From Camelus dromedarius (taxonomy: Eukaryota), in the NCBI RefSeq assembly GCF_036321535.1, contig NC_087438.1, positions 13,766,001-13,830,000 of the forward strand: a stretch of DNA of 64,000 nt, in the 5' to 3' direction. The notes beneath the pieces are model-generated. The model made no database searches. It was not told the DNA's origin and saw only the letters and a program-made list of their open reading frames with translations. A program made the position numbers and the translations under genes. Below, in pieces: positions 26,335 through 40,582 of this stretch. Each line of letters begins with the position of its first letter. The stretch's first letter is position 1.

Positions 26335-26599
26335 ATCCCATTCCCTCTCTGTCTCCAACTATAATTTCTGAACCACATTATATAGCAAGAACCATGATCC
26401 CACGAGTTCAGTATTCATCACTGAACTCTTGTGTTTACTGAGGCTCCAAGCTTTTCATCTTTCTGACACATGCCCTTTAATTATGTTAAAAGTTGCACAA
26501 GGCTTTATAGCTTAAGGAGTAGTTTTATGTAAATAATCTAATTAATCTTCTCCTAAAACTTGAGGAATATTATCACAAGCAAGTTTCTGAAAAGAAAAT

Positions 26600-27650
26600 A
26601 TTGGGGCTAAAAATGTAGCAATAACATAGTCAGGGACATGGATTTAATAAATGGTATCTTTTGATATGCAATGGCTTGTCTTTTCTGCATATTACCCTGC
26701 TTTTTAAAACTAACTCTGCAAATCCTGATAATATATATGGAGAAATTGTTTGAGATATACCACCATAAAGAGATTCATGAGAACTTCCATAACCTACAAG
26801 ATATTTTGGAATTATTTAGCACCATTATCAGAGGCATACTATTTCTTGAAATACATGGTATTTATGACAGTGAAAGGTGTTGCTAAAAAATAAAGAAAAT
26901 AATGTCCTTTAAATTATAAACAGATGAAAAATATTATATTATTTAGTATATTTTTAAATGAATGACAATGAGAATACTATGTCTTAAAACTAGTGTGACA
27001 TAAAGAAAGCAGCACTTGGAAATACTTTTTTTATAAAGGTAGAATTTTAGAAAATAAGAAAATATTGAAAGTAAAAGGTCCACAAGTTTGCAAAAGCAAC
27101 AAATTAACCCTTAGAAAATTGAGAAAAAATAAGTTATTAGAGAAGAATTAAATAAAATAGAAAAAATAGAATATGTAGATAAAAGGAAAAGGGGAAGAGG
27201 AGAAGGAGGAGAAAGGAGAAAACAAATATGGTTCTTTTAAAAGATTGATAAGATTTTTGAAAGCTCAAGACAAATTAGAAAATAAAGTATGGATGAAATA
27301 AATAACTGGGGGAATATAAAATAGACAGGATTACAAACTAAATAGATCTGAAGTAGATATACTCCTGGAAAGTAAATGGAGAGCAGATGAGTGGGTGATT
27401 TTTTGAAATGTATAACTTTCTCAATAAACGTGTAAAACCTGAGCTTCCTCCTCAGTACTTACAAAATTGAATCAACAGTTTAAATCATGGTCACTGAAAA
27501 ATCCATATACACAGTCAATTTTATGAAATGATCAAGAAAAAGATAATTTCATGCTATAAAATTATTCTGTTGTATATAAAAGAGGAGAAAGCCTGGCCAC
27601 TCACTTCATGATCCTAATACTATCTTTACTGCATGTTCTCCAGATGATGG
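26600..27650 (+). mobile_element. Ancient L1M ORF2 remnants
   Basis: A-rich; gaagaattaaataaaatagaaa, ggttcttttaaaagattgataa and actcacttcatga.. are L1 ORF2-like traces. Confidence 0.5.
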
Positions 27651-29104
27651 CTAATGACTAGCAGTTACATTCAAGGTAAAAAAAAAAAAAAAAAAAAAAG
27701 AGAGAGAGAGACAGAAATGGAAGGGATGCTGCAAATCGCATCTATCCCCTTCGATCAGAAATTCTCAGCTTCCCCGCATACCCCATGGAACAGGAACTTG
27801 ACTCAAAATCAAATAAAGTACATTTCTAATATCATCATCAGTATATTATTTTAATTGAGAAGTAGATAAGATTTAAGCATGTCTAATTCATCTCTGATCA
27901 CTTAAATTTTTTGTTATGACCTAAGAATCACATTAAATATACTATAATATTACTTTTAGGATGTTTTGATCTTTCTCTGATCATTGACTGCAGGACAGGC
28001 ATTAAGTTGCACAAAATCAGCATAGAGTCCTTATGGATGTTTCTATAAAGTAAAATCATGAACCAGTATTATCAGGTATAGTCCCTTAAGAAATCAGAAA
28101 ATTAGGTAACAAGTTAAACAAGTGATGGGTTTTCTTTCTTCCTTTTTTTTTTTTTTTTTCATTAAACATATTCTTAAGTTGGGCAGAATCACAATCAAAA
28201 CTTTGAGCTATCAGCACTCATTCTGATAATTTTAAGATTCTTTTCTGGTGACAATAGCAGATCAAATTAATTACTATGATCGCCCTCTTTCTATTACAAT
28301 AGTGCAACTGTAGAAAAGTAATGTGCGGATTGCTCTTCTGTTTTCAGCCTAGCAATTGTGCCAAAGTGGGGTGTAGTCTTACTTTTCTTCTGCAATGAGA
28401 TACTGATGGATGATTTTTACATGTACCTCCTGATGATTTGTCCAATCTTTTTTTATGCCTTCTGGAGAGGCAGATGAGTAAAAAGTCTGTCTAAAGCCAT
28501 CTTCTAAAAGATTAGAAAAAGGTACTTGCAGAGATTTTTCCAGGCTTACCTTCCATTTCTTTATTTCTCATTTTATTTCTTTATTTCTAATTTTTCCTTC
28601 TTACATCAGGGTTCAAGGATCGGCATTTGGGAATACAAACTTGAAAATAGCATTCTTGTATCCTCTTTAATATGGGAATTTAGAGGCCCAATTTAATATT
28701 TTTCTTATGGGGATAACCTATAATTACTTGCTGAGGAAATCTTTTGGATCTGTTGATAAGTACTCCCTTGGTCCATTTCTGTGATACGGTTGAACAGCGG
28801 TCTACTCAGTGAGAAGTAATAGTTAGACCCTTCAACTCTCATAAGAGGATTCAATCAGTCATGCAACAAATATTTATTGAGTGCCAACCATATGCCAAAC
28901 ACACCATTCATATTTCTTGGATCATATCAGTGAGCAAAAAGACATATTGGTAGGTTGCAGAAAGTTCAAACAAAACACTGAGTCTGCAATTATCTTGCAA
29001 CACAGAACACTCATCACTCATCTCCGGGTATTTCTCTAAATGTGCATCCTTAAAAACAGAGCAATGCAGTATTTATCAAAAACATGGTAAAGAGAAATAA
29101 TGTT

Positions 29105-29512
29105 AGTATTAGTTTGCTAAGGCTGTCATAAGAAACTACCGCAAACGGGGTGACCTACACATCTGAAATGCATTGGCTCACATTTCTGAAGTCTAGAAGT
29201 ACAAGGTCAAGGTGTTAAAAGGGTTGGTTTCTCGGCTTATAGAAATATCACCTCATCTGCATTCATTGTCACATGGTGTTTCCCCTGTTGTCTCCTCACA
29301 GTGATTTCTTCTGTGTGCATCTGTCTCTGTATCCACATTTCTCTTTTTAAGGATACCAGTCACAATGGATTAGAGCCCACCCCAATGACATAATTTTAAT
29401 TTGACTAATTATATCTACAATGACCATATTTAAAAATAAGTTTACATTCTGAGTTGTGGAGGATAAGCACTTCAATATATAAATTTTTAGGGATATGGCC
29501 AACTCATAACAA
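29105..29512 (-). mobile_element. MLT1A/B/C-like MaLR solo LTR
   Basis: gtattagtttgctaaggctgtcataa.aaa.tacc...tctgaagtctagaagt.caaggtcaaggtgt...taaggataccagtca..atggattagagcccaccc...cataaca. Confidence 0.85.
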
Positions 29513-32500
29513 TGCTTACACAAGAATAACTAGATTAAGGATTCAGTCAGACCATCAGGCTTGTACTTGAATCGTATAAACTGGCATCCTCTTCACTTTT
29601 TGCTCCAACCATAAAAACCAGCTTTTTCTATATGTTTTGAGTTAATGGTATTATTCTACACTGAGGGATTTTAGACAAAAATATACAAATTCTCATCACA
29701 TTTATTACAAGGGGTTTATGGATTCATTACTAATTATACAATGGAGTCTAATGCTGCAGCCATGAGGATCCATCTGTGGACTTCAGATAAATATTTGATT
29801 GATATTTTTTGCTTATGAAAAATGTAATTCACATACCAATGGTGACTTTGGCCTTTTATTTTGGCTTTTGGAAACTACAATTATAAAATTGACTTGACGC
29901 TCAATTTTTTGACAGTAATATATTGGCCATGTCTTTGTTCCATTGATGTTTTCTTTCATCCATCCCTATTTGCTGAACTATTTTTTACCTCAGTATAGTG
30001 TATGCATTGTGTATAATGCTTCAACTCTATTTGGAAAAAGAGAGGGTTTGTAAATAATACAATCATTCTAAATAAAATCATAGTTGAACCTATATGATAT
30101 GAGGGATATATCATGTTTTAATTTAGTTAACATATGAGCAGGAACTTATTTCCCATTCATAAATTAGGTTTTTTAGCAAATCTTTGATAACAATTTTTTA
30201 CTCTACAATTGTATCTATTTTAAATGTGTTTTTACTCACAGTTAAAGTGTGCCACTTATGTTTCAAGTGTTTTTTTCCTATTTTTTTTTTACTATTGTTT
30301 CCTTTTAATCCAGATTTGTCTTTTTTGAGGACTGTAGTAAAATAATATATTTCTGCCCTTCTCAACAGAAGATGCCAGAGAAGTGTTAGAAAAGTACCTG
30401 CATCACATTCAAAGAGCCATTTGTCCAATAGTTTCCATCTTCTTTTTGATCATTTGGGACAAATGAGATAAATTCTACCACTCAGAGTCTTCACAGCTGT
30501 CTCCATGGATGACTAGAAGTGTTTAAATACATCATGGCAGATTATTTCTCAAACTATCAAGTACCAAGAAAGACAAAATAGATACAAGAGTGAGCTTCCA
30601 CTTGTATCCGGCATATCACTCTATATAAACTCAGACTCAGACAACACAATGACAGTCATATAGATGGGCATTATAAGTTTAGGCCATACTATCTAAACAA
30701 CACATTTCAATGCTTGTAAAATACTCTAAATATCTCCTTTGCTTAAATTAACTTTTTCAAATGTGAGAGTAACATATACCTTCATGCTCATTGTAAAAAT
30801 AAGAATAAAGATGTGTCTAGGGCAAAAATGGCACTTCCTATTGTCTTCCTTCTTGTACTTCTGCAAGCATTTAGGATATATCAGTATTAAGCTATTTATT
30901 TGTTGTGTTAATTTATTTATATGCATTGGTATTTAAATGTCCATGTGAATGTCTATGTGAGAATGTATCTCTATATTTTGTTCATAATACTAATAATGCC
31001 AAACTATTAGTTGCTTTTTCAAGTAGCAATATACTATCTTGGTGATTATCCCATTTAAAAATATTCAGATAAAACCACCTCTTTCTTTTCATCTGTTGCA
31101 TAGTTCACTATTTTTTGTTGAAGACAGATTTGTTTGAAACAGCATCCATCTTGATTACGTTTTCTTAGATTTTTAATTTGTTACAAAGCCAAAACTTACT
31201 GAGGTTATGATGATCTATTTTCTCCTCAATATTTATTATGCTTTCCTTATTGTTACTATTCTCTTTTCCTTATTTTATTCTTGATCTAGCAAATAATGCT
31301 AAAATTTCTATACCTCCTCCCTTTCTAATATGTGACAGATTTTTATATTTTTTTAATCAAAATGCCAAATTAAATAATAATTATGCCTGTAAAAAAAAAG
31401 ACCTTTGGTAACTTGTACTTCCAAGCCTCCAAGCACACTTTTTCAAGTAACATATTTGTGAACTAAAGTTGTGTTTTTAATTTGTCCTCTTTGTAATTCT
31501 TCTTTTTCAGGCTAGATTCATATTGTACAATTTATTTAGGTTTAACTGAAAATATTTTTTTTTCTTTTCCCTTTTATTTACATTTTCCCCTCTCTCTTTT
31601 AAGACTTTTTCTGACTTACTGTTACACAGACTAGTTTTTCCCCCCACTTAATTATTTTTTTCAATCAAAGAGTTATGTTTTCTTGGTCCTTCCATACCTG
31701 AAATACTTTTCTTTGCCCTTTTCATTTATGAATGAGACCACCACAAATGATATCTTTATGGGAGTGTTTTTGGCTGAGTGGGCCAAATTAACTCTAGGGA
31801 CAGTCTAGAGAGAAAAGAAATGTATTGTACAGGAGAAAAGAGGTTATCTGGGTAAGATAATAAAAATAAAATAAACTAAGATAGTAGATTCAAGAAAACT
31901 GGGAAAGTCAACAGAAACTTACCCAGAAAAATGGCAAAACCACAAAAATCACAAAGAGAAGCAGGAGAAGAAAAGAGAGTTAGAACCATTGCATGGTCTG
32001 TATCTCCCACCCCCCATCCTGTCTCCACCTCAAATTTGTTAGCAGGAAGTTTTCAGGTAGGACTATACATGTATTCCTTACTCTTGGTGGACTATAAAAA
32101 AAAAAAAAAGGCAAAACTCACAAATGTATTTTGCATCTACTTACAGTAATTGCTATTGATCTGTCACTCCATTTCCAGATGAGAAAATTGAAATTCAGAA
32201 TTATTTAACAGCTATTCTTAAGTCATGCAGGTAAATAAAACACCAGCTATTCAAAGCAGCACTCACTCCTCAGAAAGGCAGCATTTACTGTAAAGATAAA
32301 CATTACCTTCCACAAGGTCAGATAATATAGTTTCAAACAGTTATTAACTTTTCATAACTTTCTACAGAAAAGACAACATTTGATGGGAAATCTCTCATGT
32401 CACTCAGTATGATCAGTAGCTTTTGAAAAAGTTGGAAGTTGGGGAAAATACTGCAACTAAAGGAAAGTAGCGATGTGTGATGTAACATCAAATAAAATGT

Positions 32501-32871
32501 AAAAGCTTGCTTGAAACAACCCGTTTCAAAATAAGAGAGGTCTGGAAACTATGCCTCCGGCTTGAAGAATGGCTTGAGGAAAAGTGTGGTGATGAAAAAC
32601 TGTTCTCCACTGGTTCGGTTCTTTCTTCGAGGAAGGCTCAACACGTTCAAATCTGAAGCAAAGCCATTCTTACCAGAGATTTCAATCAGAGAGTGTGTCA
32701 TAGGCACCCAGATGCAATCCCCTAGTCCCATCATCCTTTTTTCAGTAAAAGCCTTTTGTGGATGATACAGATTCGAGGCGAGGAGTCAGGGGAACACTAT
32801 CAAAAGGCTTCAAATGTAATACACTTGCTACTAAAGCTCTAAATCTTACCAGCTATAAGGGCCACCTCAGC

Positions 32872-32921
32872 ACCAGAAACTGACACATTGTAACTGACTA
32901 TACTTCATTTAAAAAAAAAAA
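32872..32921 (+). mobile_element. Very short LINE-1 3' tip with A tail
   Basis: caccagaaactgacacattgtaactgactatacttca + A run. Confidence 0.75.
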
Positions 32922-32937
32922 GAATGAATGAATAGAT

Positions 32938-33203
32938 GGGGAGGGATAAATTAGGAAAGGATTTGGGATTAGCAGATACACACTACTATATTTCAAATAG
33001 ATAAACAACAAGGTCTTACTGTACAGCACAGGGAACAATAGGCATCTTGTAATAACCTATAATGAAAAATAATATGAAAAAGTGTGTGTATATATAAATA
33101 TATATGTATATATAAATATAAATAAATACATATATAACTAAATCACTATGCTGTACACCAGAAACTAACACATTGTAAATCAAATGTACTTTAATTAAAA
33201 AAA
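32938..33203 (+). mobile_element. LINE-1 3' UTR fragment
   Basis: gggagggataaattagga...atagataaacaacaaggtcttactgtacagcacagggaac...tgctgtacaccagaaactaacacattgtaaatc. Flanked by GAATAGAT (32930-32937 / 33204-33211). Confidence 0.88.
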
Positions 33204-36200
33204 GAATAGATAATTATTTTCACATAGGCATGCTGCTATTTCTATTTGTCATTAACTATATATAAATATGAATATATACATACATATATATAACCATTCA
33301 GATAGACATATAACTATTTATATAACTAATTAAACACACATACACAAAAAGGCTAAGTGCTGTTGGAAGTTTAACAAAGGATTGATGTGGTTAAAGATGA
33401 AAAGTGTGAACTGTAGGATGCAGGTCATTAGTTGGGATTTTGGTGGAGAGAGTGCTGATATAAGAGAAGTTGGTAAGTTTTTATTATTTTTTAATAAATT
33501 CTAAATCAGGTCATACATAACCAAGCAATGTAACTTTCCTACCAAAGGAGGAAATTAAATTATTTCATAATGCAGGAAAGTTCAGGAGTACCAAAGAAAA
33601 TTAAAGAGTGAAAGAAAAGAGGTTCAGAAGAGCCACAGGAAAAGTAATTTCACAAAAAAGAGGAACCATGTGTTTTACAGAATGTCGTTTCTTAAATGCC
33701 AGTATGCTGGGTGCTATAGAAAGTGTTAATAAAAAAATCACTGCTTGAGCAAGTAGGGATTGGAAAATTTCACTGATTGAGGTCTAAAACCTTGACATTA
33801 AATTAAAGTGGGCATTCTGATGGAAATTGCTGCTGGAAAGAGTATTAGAGGATGGAACAGAAGTTGATCAGCATTACACAAAATGACCAAAAAGGAGAAA
33901 AACATATAATCAGTATACATCACTTTTAAAATAATTTTTTCTAAATTTATGTATGGGGGCTTGGCAGTTAAACTTAAACCTGCTTTATACATAACTGAAA
34001 TATAGTTACTGTTTTTTTGTGTTAACCATCTCTATATGGCTGTCATTTTATATTGTTTCCAGTAATTATTTCTTTTCATTGTGAAGCTCCTTGGTTTATC
34101 TCTTCTGCAAACATTTATTGAGCATTTATTATCCTTTTGGAAGTCAGAACCATGCTAAGTTCTATGGCAAACAGACCCTAATTTATTTATGTTTATTAAG
34201 AATCTAACGTCCAGGAGGAGAAAACCTGAGAAAAGTCTTTGAGATGTTGTTGTGACACATTTTATTTCTGTCACAGTGGATAATATATTTATAGTTTTTG
34301 AAAAATCCCACTTTAAAGGGTAGTGGAAAGATTTTCTTTCAATTTAGATACTCAAGAACTTAACTCAGTTTCAGAAGCAGGCACATAGTAAAATCAATGA
34401 GTGGCCTCTTAATGTGTTATAGAATTCCTAAATGAAGGCTTGGCAAAGGATGCTGTGTAGTCTTTTTAATAAGATGAATCTAACATCTTCAGCTTATTTT
34501 TCTCAGTCCTAAAGCCCAGATAGAAGCAAAACATTACCATGAGCATAATGGGAGAAAAACACTGCCTTCTTAACTGCTCTGCCGTTTTAAACTGAGGAAA
34601 AACATTATTCTCTAACATGTAATTTGATATATTTTTTTCCCACTTCGTGTAGCCCTGAAAAGTAGCTGGGTCTAAAAAACATGGTTAGTTTTGCCTAAAC
34701 TGTGCAGATTTGTTAAGACAAAATATTGCTTATTCGAAAGGGAGGAGAAATTAACATTGACGTCTAAGCCAACATCAGTTAAGCTATGGTTAAACAAGGA
34801 TGCCAAATGCAAAAGAGAGAAAAGTGAAGAATCATAGTGGTAGAAAAGACTTATGTAAATGGATAGAGCAGAAACAAAAGGTAATCGGGTTATGGGGAGT
34901 AGGGAGGTGTCGGGGGGGAAGAGATGATGATGAAGATGATGAGTAGATACATTTTATTAGAAACTCAGGTGTAATATGGCAAACTCACGGGTCCTGCCCG
35001 TTCATTGACCTCATTCTTTTTTATGTGGCTTTCTGCATATTAGCTGCAACAGGTCGAGGTATGAAAATGATTGACCATTACTGGATAATTTATCAAGTGG
35101 GTCAGCTAGATGAGAAGTTATTTTATCCTCAAATCATCCCCAACAAAAACATATATTAAGAATAACTCACCATGGACTAGCCACAATCGCGTCTGCCCAA
35201 TACGCAGAAATTTGATATACTTCTAAATGATCTGGCAGCAGTAATGCATATGTCTGAAAAAAATACCATTTGATTCTCCCAGAAATACTTCTGTTATCTG
35301 GGAACTGCAAATCCTATTCACTTTGCTCATTTTGGAATGACAAAACCATACTCTATCTTTTGCTTTTAAATTAAGCTCCTATAATCCATGTGTGACTTGT
35401 TTTCTTTCTAACTAGATCAATACAGTGGAAGTAATTCTGAAGAAAATGCACCCTGCAGACTGAATCTATGGAATTCCAAATAGGTCTATTGGACAATTTT
35501 AGTTAAATTCAATAGGTTTGTTGGTGAAACAGCTGGTCTGGAAGTCAACATTATGAATATGAACTATCTCTGATTCTGATTAGAATTTTTTCACATAAAG
35601 TTCATCCAGTTAAATAAGACCAATTTCAAGAACTGTAAAACCGGCTGAGCATTACTCTGAAAGTCTTGAACGTGTATTTTCTTGCCTTCTAAATTTGGCT
35701 GTGCCATTTGGAGTTTTACACTTGATATTCTGTAAAATAAAACTGAGACATCTTTAACCATCTGGTAGTTTTGTGGATAATTTAGCATAAATCCACTTGT
35801 GGCAGTTTATTTCAAAGCAGTTCCCATTAAATCCTGATCTTTAAGTATTGGAACTCCATTTGTAAGTACAGTTGCAGTTATGTGCCTCTAGTTGTCCGTA
35901 GGCTTTACTATAATTGAGGTAATTACAGTCAATAAAAAATAATTTGAGTCTCTTTATCATTATGGAACTGCTGTTGCCTACATGTGGTGGGTAAAAAATG
36001 GTTAACCAATAGTTCCCCAGTTGCTGGAATCAGGGGCATATTTGTGAGGAATAAACAGAAGATGGCTTTTTTTCAGGTTTTACTCAGTTTAAATTTGCTT
36101 TCTTACCGGAAAAAAAAAAAAAAAAAAAAAAAACAACAACAAAAAAAACCTTCCAGACTTTATAAATCCTCAAAGCGCCTTGTTAATTCTGGTAATATGT

Positions 36201-38859
36201 GAGCCCCAATACTATACCCAGAAAAGAGCCGGTAAGGTCCTTCACAAACACGAGACAGCAAATCCACCATGATATACTTAGTCTAGAGTAAAAATGCTGA
36301 AAAATAATGAGCAACAGAAAACCATTTGCAGTATCAAGTGAACAATTCCAAGAGAACACCATTTTTCTTTAATGAACACAAAGAAAATGATTCAAAGAAA
36401 TGATCATTTCATTTTGGATTGCACTAACAGTCTAGCATGTGGAAGAGCAGAACATCAAGCGCTGGGTAAAAATGTCACCAAACAGGTTAAATAAAATCCT
36501 TCAAGTGGTATCAGGGATGGAAGAACTCCACATTGCACGGGCACAGTCTTGCTACCAGAAGCACACTGCATATTCCTTGTTGCAATGATAGCTATGTGAA
36601 ACGGAGGTTACTGACACTCTTTAGCACTAGATCTTCGAGGAAGTAGAAACAGCATTTGAAAACAGATGAATAAGAGATCATGTAAATGCATAGATATCAT
36701 CTCTCATTTTATATATATACACACACACGTATATACATCTATATGCATCTATATATATATATATATACACACACACACATATACATCTTTTCCTTTATAG
36801 ATGCACCATAATCTACATAAGGAATCCCATGCTGAAATTTTCTTTACCTATGAACCATTTGTTATTCTGCAAAGATTTCCCAATACATTTGGCCTGTAAA
36901 TTGCTAAGTAAAAATATTTTGTATTGGATAGAAAACAAATTTATATTTAACCTGATGCCTCTTTTTAGTAAGACATTTTGAATTAAAAACAATAATAACA
37001 AAAGTACATGTCTTCATTAGATACTAGTCAGTTCATAAAACTATTGCTTGATGCACAATATTCTTGTTCAAAAAATAAATCTGTGACTTAATAAAATACT
37101 TAACGTAGTATTTGTACAAGATTATTTTTATAACACACTAAACAGACGTATTATCAGCATATCAGAAGGCATTATCTACATTGGAAATAATGATGTGTTC
37201 AAAATTTGTTAAGTAGGGTGATTATAATACCATAGTGGAATATGTGTGTATTTGTGTGTGTTTGTGTGTCACAGAGATACAACAGTCCCATGTCTGTTAT
37301 GACCTTGGTATATTTACTACAATAGTGATGTAAGTCCATTAACTGTAATTTTTCAAACAAATCAAATACTCCAAATGCAAGCAGGAAAAAACAATTAGAT
37401 AATTGTGCACTGCAACTGCATTAGAAATCAGACTACCTAGGATTCTTACCTTAATTGCTGGTTGCCAGAAAGATAAAATTAAAAAAATAATAATAATAAC
37501 AGACACTTCTCACTTTTCCTGACTATTAATAATTGTAACTCATTAATAATGGTATTGTGAGGAAAATGAGGGTTTTTTTTTTTATAAGCACTTTGGCTTA
37601 AATAATTGTTGTTGAGAAAATGGTGTTTGAAATCTCTTTAGAGGAAAAATACACATAAAATATAGATATTGCTCAAAATATCATTATTACACAATGAAAA
37701 TAACAATTACCTGTCTTCCCTTTTTCCTGTAAATTGTACTTCCTGTAAATCTCAACTAGTGGCTTGAACAAATTTTGTCATTATTTATTTTCCTTTGTCA
37801 TTATTTATTTTCTTTTTCAGTAGATGATGTTCTGTTTCCAACAGGTGGGACATGCTAGCTGGACACTTTTCTTTTGGTGACGTTAGCAACTGTCGATAAT
37901 ACTGATAGATCCATCAATTTACTCAAGGTTGCTTAATTCTCACATTCTTATACAATTTTTTCTTCTTTTTAGGGTGAAAGATTTTGTAGAAATTTTCCCC
38001 CATCATCTATTATTTGGTTACCATTATTATTCTGTCTTTTCAAGTTGGATCTCTGGCCTATTTTATATATATTTAGACTTTTTTTTTTTTTTACAGCTTT
38101 CTTGCTATTCTATACGTTTCCAAGCAGCCCCATTTTCTTTTGGTGGAAATAGCATTTTGAGGCCATAAGTTGAGTACTTGAGATCCTCATTTGTTACTTG
38201 GTTGATCAGGAATTTTTGCCTCTGTTCACACTGGAATTAACCACTCTATTTAAAGATGAAATGCCTAATGAATTCACACTGATACTTCCAACTGAATTCA
38301 GGACTACAGGATTGTGGTTGATGTCTTTGACTCCATGCCTGTGTTTTACATCCTCCATGTCTGTTAGTCTTTAGATGGTGTGTTCTTGAAGGGATAGGCT
38401 GTTAATCACCTTTTTATCAAGACCATTACTAAATATCTCAGTCTCAACATTGCAAAATAGGCCGTTTATTATTTAGTAGGCTCTTAAAAATGTTTCTATT
38501 TTGAAAATAACTGAATCATCACACAACTTATGTAAAAGAGAATTACATTGCAAGAACATTTGATTAAGAGTTTTCAGGGGATATCAAAGTAAACTTCCTC
38601 CTTTCTTCACCAGGCTAAATTTAGCCAATTTCTTGGTCAAGGCAAATGACTCTCCACCCTAAATCCAGCCCCGGCTAGAGGAATGTGAACATCTGCTGAG
38701 GCTGGGAGAAGCAGTGGTTGGCCCACAGTAGGAGGGTAATTACTCATTTTCAGAGATATACTAGGCAAACCTGGATATAGAGTTAAGAGATGCCTGAAGA
38801 GCAAATCACTTTTTTTCAGGAGAAAGTTGAATGTATTATGCCTCAGTCATACTTTATTT

Positions 38860-38975
38860 TTTTTAATAAAAAAAAAGTGAGATAATTTTAGCTGTATAGA
38901 AAAGTTGCAAAGACAATGCAGATAATTTACATTGACTTCTTACACATTTTCTCCCAATGATAACCATATCTTAAT
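38860..38975 (-). mobile_element. L1MB/MC-like 3' end relic
   Basis: gagataattttag...atagaaaagttgcaaaga...ttttctcccaatgataac. Confidence 0.55.
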
Positions 38976-39004
38976 TTTATACACTTTGGTTTTGAATACT
39001 AATA

Positions 39005-39155
39005 TGTTTTTAATTTTATTTATTTTTTATTTTTTAAGCTCTTTATTGAAGTATAGTTTATTTATAATGTTGCGTTAGTTTTAGCTGTACAGCAAAGTGA
39101 TTCAGTTATATATATGTAACATATATATCTATATATATATATCTTCTTTTTCAGA
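39005..39155 (-). mobile_element. LINE-1 3' tip, minus strand
   Basis: T-rich tail, then tttattgaagtatagttt.tttataatgttg.gttagttt...tgtacagcaaagtgattcagttatat. Confidence 0.85.
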
Positions 39156-40582
39156 TAAGCCCAGCAATAAACTCATGCACTTGAGGTCTATTAATTTATG
39201 ATAAAGGAGGCAAGAATATACAGTGGGAAAAGACAGTCTCTTTCCCAGTATTACTGGGAAAACTGGACAGCTACATATAAAAGAATGAAATTAGAACATT
39301 CTCTAACACCATATACAAAAATAAACTCAAAATAGATTAAAGGCCTAAATGTAAGACTGGATACTCTAAAACTCCCAGAGGAAAACATATGTAGAACACT
39401 CTTTGACATAAATCACAGCAATGATTTTTTAATCTGTCTCCTAGAATAATGGAAATAAAAGCAGAAAAAAAAATGCGACCTAACTAAACTTAAAAGCTTT
39501 TGCACAACAAAGGAAACCACAAACAAAACAAAAAGACAACCTATAGAATGGGAGAAAATATTTGCAAACAATGCAACTGACAAGGAATTAATTTCTTAAA
39601 AATATGAACAGCTCATATAGCTTAAGATAAAAAAAAAAAGGCCCAGTTAAAAATGGACAGAAGACCTAAACAGACATTTCTCCAAAGAAGACATTCAGAA
39701 AAAATAACAGTCACATGAAAAGAGTCTCAACATCGCTAATTATTGGAGAAATGTAAATCAAAACCACAATGAAGTATCACCTCACATCGGTCAGAATGGC
39801 TATCATCAAAAAGTCTACAAATAATATATGCTGGAGAGGATGTGAGAAAAGGGAACCCTTATTCACTATTGGTGGGAATGTAAATTGGTGCAGCCACTGT
39901 GGAAAATGGTATGGAGGTTCCTTTAAAAATTAAAAGTAGAAATACCATATGACTCAGCAATTCCACACCTAGGTATATATCCAGAAAAAACAAAAACTCT
40001 AATTTGAAAAGATACACGCACTCCCATATTCATAGCAGCACTATTTATAGAGTCAAGACATGGAAGCAGCCCAAGTGCCCATCAACAGACAATTAGCTTA
40101 AGAAGATGTGGATATAAATACAATGAAATATTAGTCTGCCATTAAAAGAGAATGAAATATTGCCATCTGCAACATGAATGGACCTAGACAATATAATACT
40201 TAGTAAAATAAGTCAGACCAAGAAAGACAAATACTATATGATATCATTCATAAGTGGAATTTAAAAAAATAATGCAAATGAATCCATGCACAAAGCAGAG
40301 TCAGACTCAAAGACATAGGAAACAAACTGATTACCACAGAGGAGATGGAGTGGCAGAGGGCACATAGGAGTATGGGATTAACAGAAATGAACTACAATAC
40401 ATAAAACAGATAAGCAACAAGGATTTACTATACAGTACAGGGAATTACATCCAATATCTTGTAATAACCTGTAATGAAATCAAATCTACAAAAAAATACT
40501 GAATCACTATGCTGTACACATGAAACTAACACAATATTGTAAATCAACTATACATCAATCAGTACATCCATACATACATAAA
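39156..40582 (+). mobile_element. 5'-truncated LINE-1 (~1.4 kb; decayed ORF2 C-terminus + 3' UTR)
   Basis: Disrupted ORF2 remnants (LIYDKGGKNIQWEKDS; CWRGCEKREP..; WECKLVQPLWK) followed by a standard L1 3' UTR. Confidence 0.95.

Noticed and set aside
32530..32800. Mixed-composition patch with 61 and 67 aa ORFs, possible pseudogene
   Set aside because: No recognisable protein similarity; cannot be supported without a search.
37774..37822. 20-bp tandem duplicate ending in TTTTTCAG (acceptor-like)
   Set aside because: Low-complexity slippage; no downstream exon frame or donor support.
39156..40260. L1 ORF2 as an active CDS
   Set aside because: 5'-truncated with multiple stops and frameshifts.
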